Shown here in pieces: positions 51,201 to 61,400 of a stretch of DNA of 64,000 nt (within the stretch, counting starts at the first letter, position 1; the number at the start of each line of letters is the position of its first letter). Position numbers and translations under genes: made by a program. Below the pieces are notes generated by a model that made no database searches, was not told the origin of the DNA, and saw only the letters and a program-made list of their open reading frames with translations. The DNA is from Mizuhopecten yessoensis (taxonomy: Eukaryota), in the NCBI RefSeq assembly GCF_002113885.1, contig NW_018480057.1, positions 115,208 to 179,207 of the forward strand, in the 5' to 3' direction.

Positions 51201-52271
51201 TTATGAGAAAATATTGCCATGATTGCTCAAGTATCTATTTGAGTGATACATACATTCTGCACTTCTTGTATTAACCAGTTTATACTGGTTTCTGGTTCAG
51301 ATTTAGTGGAAATCCCACAAGTTTGTTGTACAATAGTGAAATCAGATAAGAAAAAAATTGATGGAATAATATTTTGGCTAAAATTAAGTAATGATTAGTT
51401 ATACTAATTGTAATTATACTTTATTATGTACTAATGTTCAAATAAGGAATATTGTAAATTAAAATGCATCTATTTTATATTTTTCAGCAGGGCTTTGATG
51501 ACTGTTATAGATGTCATCGTTCTGGACACTGGGCTAGAGATTGTCCTGATGACCGCAACTATGGCTTCAGGCGTCAGCAGACTAGCGGAAGATACAGATC
51601 ACCATCCCCAAGGAGGAAAAGGAGGCAAGAACATTATTAGCGTAGTAGTAACATTTGTGGAATGTACAATTAAGACATGTACAGGAACATATTATGTACA
51701 ATAGCACACGCGAAACATTGTTTGTACAATAACACATATTTCAAACATTGCACAATTAATGCATACACAAAAACAATTAATGCATACACAAAAACAATTA
51801 ATGCATACACAAAAACATTGTGCATGTATTAACAATTAACACATGAAAAGTGATTTAACCATGTAATACAATGTAATTGATTAATGGTTTATTATATAAA
51901 TAAATCCTACATTCAGTGACAATTTCTGTTTTTGTAGGTCGAGGTCCAGGAGTGACTCCAGAGATCGGGATAGGAGGAAGAGGAAAAGGTCAAGGTCACG
52001 TTCAAGGAGCAGGAGTCGCAGTCACGACCGTAGAAGAAGGTCTAGGTCACTCAGTGGAAACAGAAAGAGGAGCAGTCGTCGTAGGAGTCATTCTGGGAGC
52101 AGGTCAAAGTCCAAATCACGCAGTCGCTCAAAAAGCAAGAGTAAATCTGTCGCCTCCAAATCTAGGAGTCGTTCTCGCAGTGCAAGTCCAGCAGCAGTTA
52201 ATGGAGAAAACAAGAGTGATCGTTCAGCATCCCGATCACCAGCCCGGTCTGATACAAGCGCATCTGAATGA
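45278..52271 (+). CDS. Serine/arginine-rich splicing factor with RRM + one CCHC zinc knuckle + RS domain (SRSF7-like architecture, 246 aa)
   Basis: Exons 45278-45395, 45762-45773 (12 nt), 47887-47927, 49730-49828, 51488-51624 (NAGNAG acceptor, GC donor), 51938-52271. RNP2 LFVGRL, RNP1 AYAFVDFEDRRDAEDA, knuckle CYRCHRSGHWARDC, then a long RS tract ending in TGA. Confidence 0.92.
49330..49499. mobile_element. Tc1/mariner (pogo/Tigger-like) MITE
   Basis: TA|cagtgaaacctgtc .. gacaggttacattg|TA. Confidence 0.6.
49905..50058. repeat. Palindromic element with ~50-bp arms
   Basis: tgcagagttttcttctcttgagagcaggtattgattgttac pairs with gtaacaatcaatacctgctctcaagagaagataactctgca. Confidence 0.85.
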
Positions 52272-53366
52272 TATCTTAGAATGAGACTTTGTCAAATTCT
52301 GCTGTTTTTCATTTTTCATCAGGAATTTATTATTTTTTGTGATCACATATCCTCATCATTCGATCATGTATGGCAGACTTGACATTAGATGTGGACTTTC
52401 ATTATTCCTAACAATTCTATATGTATTCAAGAAAGCTTCAGATAGACGTGCTATTTACCATCATGATACATTTCTTAAACATAGTGAACCTTTTTTTTTT
52501 GGTTATTGTCACTATTTTATGAGGTGTAAATTAGAATTAAAATTTATATTACAAATGTACAAAGAATTGTGTGCTTTTTAGCTCATCTGTGGTCAGAGGA
52601 ATCAATGTGAGCTTAATTATGGCATTCATCTGTTTCTCTACAATATCTTCAAACAACTTCTTCTGAACCCCTAATACATCCATTATTCAAATGAAAAGGC
52701 AATTTGGCAATATTGTTTTATAAGACTTCTCAGAAACAAAGTGATGGATATCAACCATACTTGGAAACATTCTAAGGTATTAGGGACTCTGAATTGTACC
52801 ATTGTAAGGGCAGGGACAAAGAAGGATAATTTGGCCACATTGCTTTCAATGACTTTTTCTCTAGAACTATAAGGCGGATATCAACCATATTTTGTAATAT
52901 ATGCAGGTTTTATAATACAGGTATGCTATTCATTTGCTGAACTGGTTATGTGATCAAAAAAATCAGTTGTGTTAATTGTACAGCCACTTAATTGAAAATG
53001 AGATCACAACCAAATTTGTTAAATTTTGCAAGGCCAAATGTTGCATAGTACTGGAGGTGCTGCTTCAATGGGCAGAATTAAGCTCAGTCCAAGTCACATT
53101 TGATGCAGGATTTTAGGCCAACTATCATTATAATGTTTATTTAATTTTTTTATAAATCAAAATCAAATATACCTGGTAAATTATAATAAGGTAGACCATG
53201 CTCTACCTACTAATGTGTGAGGGCATCTTAAGGAACATTTATGTTCGGCAAAGTTCCTAATTCATGTTTCATTTTTTGGTGATCATGAACGATACACCAC
53301 TTGTTATCAACACTATGTTATAATCGTCATCATTATATTAAATTATCCAGAAACGGTATTTTTCAC

Positions 53367-53537
53367 TAAATAAATATATAATGATAAAATTCAGATTTTA
53401 AATTGACACTGATCAAATATATAATGATAAAATTCAGATTTTAAATTGACACTGATTAAATATATGATGATAAAATTCAGATTTTAAATTGACACTGATT
53501 AAATATATAATGATAAAATTCAGATTATAAATTGACA
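53367..53537 (+). repeat. ~44-bp tandem repeat, about 4 copies
   Basis: aaatatataatgataaaattcagattttaaattgacactgat repeated. Confidence 0.85.
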
Positions 53538-54892
53538 AACTGCCCAAGACTGCATAAGCAGTCTGTAACGGCTAATCTATAACACATGGGAGGCTGGGAG
53601 GCCGACTTACTGGGGTGCTGGGGGGAAAGGAGTTGAACCTAGAGCACAGGAGGAAATTTACTTTAATAGACTTGTGAATGCACCAAATACTCTCAAGTAT
53701 TGAGATACATAGTTGATGAGTTGTAAGTCGTGAAATGCAGGCTGGGGAAGACGTAAAGGGACTCCCAATTACACAATGTTGAGCGAAGCACAAACAAAAA
53801 CAGGAAGGACGTGTTCTGCTAGTACCATGTTGGATAAAGCATGTATGTTTGTAACCATCCATCCTTGCATTTGGTCTGCTATCATAAAATTTATCTTAAG
53901 ATGCTTGTCTCGAGTGAATAAAAAAATTCTGAAAATCTTGCTAGTACGATGTTGGATGAAGGAGAAAGTATGAGGGAATTAAGGAGTTAATCCTGTGTTT
54001 GAAGATAGAGGAATGACTTCCCCATTTTCATATTTCTGCAGTGGAACAAGGCGAACATCCAAGAAAAAGTACAGATGGTACAGAAAAAAATCAGAAGGAT
54101 TGTGTATTAAAAGTGACGGGGCAAAATCGTTGGAACTCGACAAGGATTGAGTGTGGACCATGTGGAACCTCCTAGGCAGGACAGTGGCTTTGGGTAAACT
54201 CTTGAGGAAGGAGTCCAATTTGGATTTCCATCTTGTCGGCCATAAGCATCACCAATGAGCCTGAGAAGGACCAAACAGCTGTATGAATCCTGTATTTCAT
54301 TTTTGGCATGCTGTATCTATTAAAACAAAAACAATGCCGTCACATGTGTTTAAAAATATGTTCATCTTTCAAGAGTATTGCACACACACCACATCAACAC
54401 ACCCATGCGATAACACAACATCATCATTCAAACAACTTGGTTCATCTGAAAGACAAATTGCTGAAGAAAGACAAGACAGTTGATTTACCAATTATACCAT
54501 GTAACGGTTACAACCATACACAGATGTACATAGTTCAAGTCTGCACACGTAACGTTTACGTCACGAGAAAGCTGGCAAATGGTCGTTAAGATGTTTTAGT
54601 AAATTGCTATCAGATAGAAGTACATGGGATTACAGGGACCCGATATTTTGTTACAGCTATATTTGGAACTAAACTAGGGTGTTCAGAGTAATATAGTATA
54701 ATCATTGGGGTGAATGTTTTTACCGAAAGTCGATCTAAATATAGGTGTAATTAATTCTCAGGTCCCTGTGCAAGGGATTAGTATATACTGTTAAATATTA
54801 ATTACTATGTCGAAAAAAGGTCCACGGGAAAAGATGTTAACATTGTTCGAACGTGTCTTCATCGAGAGCTTATATATATATATTGTTACAGG

Positions 54893-56220
54893 CAGGGACG
54901 TATAGTGAAGGGATTAGCAACTCCCTCTCTGCCTAACCAATTTTATGACACGTCAATCTAGACTTACCTCCCCCTGATTCCGGAGCAGCTCGCGAGCGCC
55001 ACCTATCTCAATTTTGACAAAGCAAGATGGCGTCGAACCGCTTCGTTAGATGCAGAAGTTGGTGTGAAAACAAACCAATCTCGATAAGTGTTTTTACGTC
55101 TTTTGTTTATCCCATTGTGATAAGCTGATTGTATTACTTTTAATTGATAAAATCTGTGGTATCATAGTAATTGATGTCTCGTTTTTGGGGTATATTTTTC
55201 TATTTTAAAACGCGATGTAACGCGTGGTTCAGAGTATTGTGGTGGGCGTCGACAGACAAAAATGCGGGATAAAACAAAACCCACATATATCTGAACCACC
55301 TCACTCCAAAAGTATTTGACCGATCTTTTTTAAATTAGCAGCAATAGAAAGCTGAATAAATTTTATAACGACCCAACCCATTTTAATTGCAAATAACATA
55401 TTTAACTTGTGTTATTTTTGTGTCAAAAAGACTAAATTATTAAGCATTATTTTTCACTGGAACGTAAATCATTATTGCGAAAGTAGTTGGTGACTGCTCA
55501 CTGTTTTGATTAAATTTTATAACTATCGATTATATTTTTTAAAACAATTAATATCAATAAACAGCTGAGTAATTTCTATGTTAAGTAGGCCTGATTTGAT
55601 ATGCGTTACTTGGAACGATAGCGATGTCACAGATGAAATTACTCGTCTGATAACAAAGGACACGTGTGGTTCAAAACCGTAAACAACCGGAAATGTTAAA
55701 CGCAACAAAAAAGTATCGCCTGCATTCGAGGATCAGCTCATTTAAAAAATACTTCGTTTTGAAATTTACAGCGATAGAAAGTTGAATAATTTTTTGATAT
55801 GTAGTACTAATTTTTATGGCAAAAAATAACAAATAACTTGTGCTGTTTTTGTGTCAAAAAGTGTCAATATTAGCATTATTTTCACTGGAACGTGCCTTAC
55901 GAAATGTGATTTGTTGTAACAGCCATCAACACAGCCGAAAGGCTAGACATAGTGGCAACGATAGCCCTGTCCCTGGAATAAAAAGAAGACCTACAAATAC
56001 ACAGTCCCAATTAGGGCTAACCGTTATCAAAACACTTCGATCTCGGCGAGATTGTTGACATGACACCGAAAGCAGGTGCGTGCTTAATTTTAACGCTAGT
56101 GCGCATGCGCGGGCTGATCGAGAGGGGCTCTCGATGACTTCGCGGTTCGGTGAACCAACACAAAAGCAACGTGCTATATAATCTTGACTGGGCCAATCCC
56201 CTCTATATATACTGTCCCTG
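54893..56220. mobile_element. 1.33-kb non-autonomous DNA transposon with 7-bp TSD, inserted in a ~105-bp tandem repeat
   Basis: TIR cagggac(a)gtata..gggatt(a/g)gc. ttacagg flanks both ends. The reconstructed empty site tgttacaggggacttgtc matches the adjacent uninterrupted unit tgttaaagggtacttgtc. Confidence 0.75.
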
Positions 56221-57541
56221 TTACAGGGGACTTGTCTTTGTCGATAGGGGAAACCGGGGAATAGGGCAAAAATGTCTGTATTTGAAGAATTATCCGAACA
56301 TGACTTCATCGAGAGCATATATAGTGTTAAAGGGTACTTGTCTTTGTCGATAGGGGAAACCGGGGAAAAGGGCATAAATGTCCGTATTTGAAGAATTATA
56401 ACACTTTTCTATCGGAGGTTCGGACAGGCAGTCTGGGGTAAATTAAGACGTCATAAAACGTGACACGTCAGATGTTCCCGCCAATTTCACAATTTTCCGT
56501 GTGATTGTATGGGCCGAGCCTTCCTACTACCGACAATTTAATAAGTTCGTATATATATACTTATTATTAACAGCAATACGAAAGGCAATACAATGCTATG
56601 CTACCATCATGAGAAGCTGTCCGTGTGTTACACGTATGACATAAATTATCTTTCTTTCCCCAAACAGTAACTTTCTCCTTTTTAGTAATTTAAAAAAATG
56701 AGATCATTTCCTCGACATTATTACTTGGGAATGTCCCTCCCAGTCATATGATGTACTTAGATACTCAAGTTTGTAAATAATTGCTCAAGACCAAAACTAG
56801 CAGGGGTGTCGGACTTAATCCGGGGCCGAACTTACCCCGCGGTCTCCCCCATAAGTGCCGAAAACCAACTGGTAGAAGTCAAGCTAAGTCTAGACCTTGT
56901 CTTCGCATCTGACTTGAAAAGGATGCAACAACAACTACCGAACATCATAGTCCTATTTGAGGGAGCGATCGTTGTATCCTAGAAATTATAATCGGTGTTA
57001 TCTCTAGAAAGTAGACAATTATTAAAAACGATCCCGGGAAAGAAACCATGAGATTTACATTCATAGTTTTAAGGTAGTACACGGGGACACGAGGGTTAAC
57101 TTAAGTTTATATAGGCTAAAAACACAATGTCTAAAATGTAAAATGAGAGGAAAGCTATCGAATTAAAAAAAATGATTACACCAATTTTACTTGCTGCCAA
57201 CATATATATCTTGAAGTCAATCATGAGTTGACGTTGCTAACAGACGACCGAGAGACTTCCCAGCTTACTATTGCTGACGTAATGCCGGGAAATCTAGATA
57301 TATATGCAATAATAAGTGTAGTTACCCTATCCAGAGACGTATAATATATTATACACGATATCATACGTCTCTGACCTATCATACGGTTGCTTTAATTTTG
57401 CGTTAGTCGAGTCGTTTACACATCTCAATTGACGCATTATCCAGAGCTGATTGAAATGTTGAATTGCACACGGTTAATCGGATTCAGAGGATTTCCCCTA
57501 ACTCCAATGTGTCAGGCGCCATAGTTCATTCAAAAAAATGT

Positions 57542-57674
57542 TGTAGGAGCGGGAAAATGCACGGCCAGACCGGGGGTTCAAACCTGGAACCCTCTTAACT
57601 ATAGACGGACGCTCTACCAACTGATCGAGCTACCTCGTCGCCCACGATCGACTCTGTCTAGATCCAAATTCACA
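57542..57674 (-). mobile_element. tRNA-like solo LTR
   Basis: Minus strand TGTGAA..TAGCTCGATCAGTTGGTAGAGCG..GGTTTGAACCC..CCTACA. A PBS-like TGGCGCCTGA lies ~20 bp beyond its end. Confidence 0.55.
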
Positions 57675-58495
57675 GGGATTGGGCACAAGTTCTTACTACC
57701 AACTATAGGCTCTCTCCATCAAGTACAAATATCACATGACAAAAAGTTGAACATAAATTATGCATTTAATCACGGACTTAGATAACAATCTAATCTAATT
57801 CCGTGATATAATATATATATCATTACATCACATGACCGTAAAATATGAGATTATGAAAAATCGTGGCCAAAACCCTTTACTAAAAGTAATACTTGAAATA
57901 TTTTTAAAATAGAATTTTTAATGTAGGTTTTATCACGGACTTGGATAGCATCTAACCGTGGTTTTATGTAAAAAAAAAAAAAAAAAAAAAAAAAAAGGCT
58001 GTTACGAAAAGATCCAGGGATTATGAAAGGATATTTTGATTTTGCAAAAATAACTACTGATTTGTTCAGTCATGTGCGAAATATGTTGTATACATAGTTT
58101 AATTAGAAAAGAAATTTGATAATATTGCGTGACGTGGTCGTTCAACGGGAGATAACTCGTACGTTTCGTGTATTTTACTGCGTCGTTGACTGGAATGCAT
58201 TGTTTCTTGCGTGCTGTTCTTGTGTCAGCTCACATATTTTAGATCAAATAATCGTGATGAGAGATGTCATGCGTTAGAACTCCAAACAATCTTTCATGGA
58301 TTCCCATTCCCTAATTTGTGATTATCTTATCACGTTATATATAAACTACAATATCCGTTAAACGCTTGTAAGTCATAAACTGGGTTGTTGCGAGTCGACT
58401 ACGAACCCGTTAAGATAACACGGGTATCATTCTTTGACCGTGTGGTTTTACAGGCGTTGACATCTATCACAGACGGCTGACAACACACAGCAGCA

Positions 58496-61400
58496 ATGGC
58501 GAGCTACAGTGAGGTAATTCGTGTTGTAAATGAACAATCCAGTAGGATTAAATGAATGATCCGTTTGTGATCGTCCGCGCGCTTTCCTTTTTTTAGGGTA
58601 GTTTGTTTCATGTGGGATTGTGAAAAGATTTCAAGGATAGTGTAAGGGTCGTTTCAGATTCATTGGCGGTCTGCTATGTTGTAATTTCCGATTTAAATAA
58701 ACATGAAATGTATTCTAATCACTGAAAGTAGAGTTGAAATAAGATAGTGAACCAAACTGTTCTGGTGTCGAAACTGGTTCAACCAAAAAAATGTAGGATG
58801 TTCTTAGTAGTGGGGATTATAGAAATATCAAAGATGCAGGAGGAGGCATTTGTATTATCTATAGGTTTTCGACCTCCTTCTACCATTTGGAAAAAAATAA
58901 CATTATGCTCGGTAGAAAATTTGCCTTAGCACAAGGGGTTATTTCTGAGGGCTTCAATTTTGGCGATATTTAACCCAAAATTAAATTTTCACAAATCAAA
59001 TATTATAGATATGAAGGAACTGGATTTTCCTGGTGTTTTAGCACATAGAAAGGACTCGCCATGTGATGTGTCACAAAGTCAAATAAATAGGCTTTATGCA
59101 TATATATTGAGCACTGATAAGTATATTTTGTTAAACCACAAAATTAGATTAGATTTGTTATCCAAGTCTGTGGTTAAACCGATCATTATCGAAACTATAT
59201 AAAGATATGTGATATAATCATTTTTCAAGCATCATATTCTTTATGTATATGAATTGTCACATTTTCCATAAGCATGCTATTTCATGACTTCATTATGGTA
59301 ATTAGCAGGAGCTCCGAGGCTTTGCCGAGGGTCTTCTGCTCAACATTTCATCCCGAGGGTTTGAATCACCTTATCCATATACCTCACATCCGGGATGGAT
59401 TCTATTTCAACAGCTGTTCTTCTTCGAAAGACAGCCATCTTGGATTTTGACAGTGAAGATTTGTTATGGCTGCTTCTCAGGAAGTACCTGAGGGAACGTT
59501 CTCAAATTTTATATGTAGGTTTCCCTTTGTCCGTAGTTGTACAGGGCAACTTTTGAGACTGATCAGTTAAACAACATGGCCGACAGGCAGCCATCTTGGA
59601 TTTTGACAGTGAAGGTTTGTTATGGCTATTACTCAGGAAGTACTGGAGAGATCTTTCTTAGTATTTTTGTGTAGTTTCCCCTTGGTATGAAGTTATACAT
59701 ATTTTTGTATGAGACTGATCGAATAAAAAAATCTTTGATTTTGACAGTTAAGGTTTGTTGGTGCTATTTCCCAGGAAATACTGGAGGGTTCTTTCTCAAA
59801 TTCTATATGCAGGTTCCCCATTTTCCTTTATAGTTCATGTTTACTTTTGAAACTGATCAGTTAAACAAAATGGCCTATCGACAGCCATCTTCGATTTTTG
59901 ACATTGACGGTTTGTTAGTACTATTTCTCAGGAATAACTTGAGGGATCTTTCTCAAATTTGATATGTATAGGTTCCCCTTGATCCCTCGTTGTACATGTT
60001 ATATTTTGAGACTGATCATAAAAACAAAATGGCGAAAGGAAGAACTAAACAGATCTTTCTCATATTGCAATGATCGATTCTATTTGTTTCACATTAAGTA
60101 CTACTAGTAAATATGTGAAATGACAAACTCACTTGGAAGGTTGGCTTTCATACACATCAGTATTAAGTTTAAATCAAAAGTTACTTCAAGGTGCATTTAC
60201 TGTTAACATGACTCGATCAAACAGATAAGAAGGAAAGAAGAGAAAAGATCGAACTGACAAAGAACTTAAATGAAAATTTAAAATGGTGGGCGCCAAGATC
60301 CCTCTGAAATCTCTTGTTTCTGTACTTACAGCATCACCAAGGTTTATTCAATACAAATCACAATAACAATCAATAGCAATAACCCAAAAACAGATTGATG
60401 GTAAATAAAGAATTAGGTATTGTTTATTCAGAGGCGATGTGATGATAAAAACAGGTCTCCTTACACAACTCTGAGGATGGGTTTGACAATAGAAACATGG
60501 TTTCAGACCATCTGAGCATAGGTTTGACAATGGTTACATGGTTTCAGATCATCTGAGCATGGGTTTGACAATGGTTACATGGTTTCAGACCATTTGAGGA
60601 TGGTTTTCACAATGGTTACATGGTTTCATGCCATCTGAACATGCGTTTGACAATGGTTGCATGGTTTCAGACCATCTGAGAATTGGTTTGACAATGGTTT
60701 CATGGTTTCAGACCATCTGTGGATGGGTTTGACAATGGTTATATGGTTTCAGATCATCTGAGGATGGGTTTGACAATGATTACATGGTTTCAGACCATCT
60801 GAACATGTGTTTGACAATGGTTACATTGTTTCATGCCATCTGGGGATTGGTTTGATAATGGTTACATGGTTTCTGACCATCTGAGGATGGGGTTGACAAT
60901 GGTTACATGGGTTCAGACCATCTGAGGATTGCTTTGACAATGGTTACATGGGTTCAGACCATCTGAGGACTGGTTTGACAATGGTTACATTGTTTCATGC
61001 CATCTGGGGATTAGTTTTACAATGGTTACATGGTTCCAGACTATCTGAACATGCGTTTGACAATGGTTACATGGTTTCAGATCATCTGAGCATGGGTTTG
61101 ACAATGGTTATCTGGTTTCAGATCATCTGAGGATGGGTTTGACAATGGTTAAATGGTTTCAGACCATCTGTGGATGGGTTTGACAATGGTTACATGGTTT
61201 CAGACCATCTGAGCATGGGTTTGACAATGGTTATCTGGTTTCAGATCATCTGAGCATGGGTCTGACAATGGTTACATGGTTTCAGACCATCTGTGGATGG
61301 GTTTGACAATGGTTACATGGTTTCAGACCATCTGAGGATGGTTTACACAATGGTTACATGGTTTCGTGCCATCTGAACATGCGTTTGACAATGGTTACAT

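Noticed and set aside
51916-52284. 122-aa Gly/Val-rich ORF
   Set aside because: Alternative frame of the RS-domain exon.
53560-54300. Possible decayed CR1 ORF1 esterase-like remnant (DSQLHNV..VFC)
   Set aside because: Many stops and only a weak motif resemblance; cannot be supported without a search.
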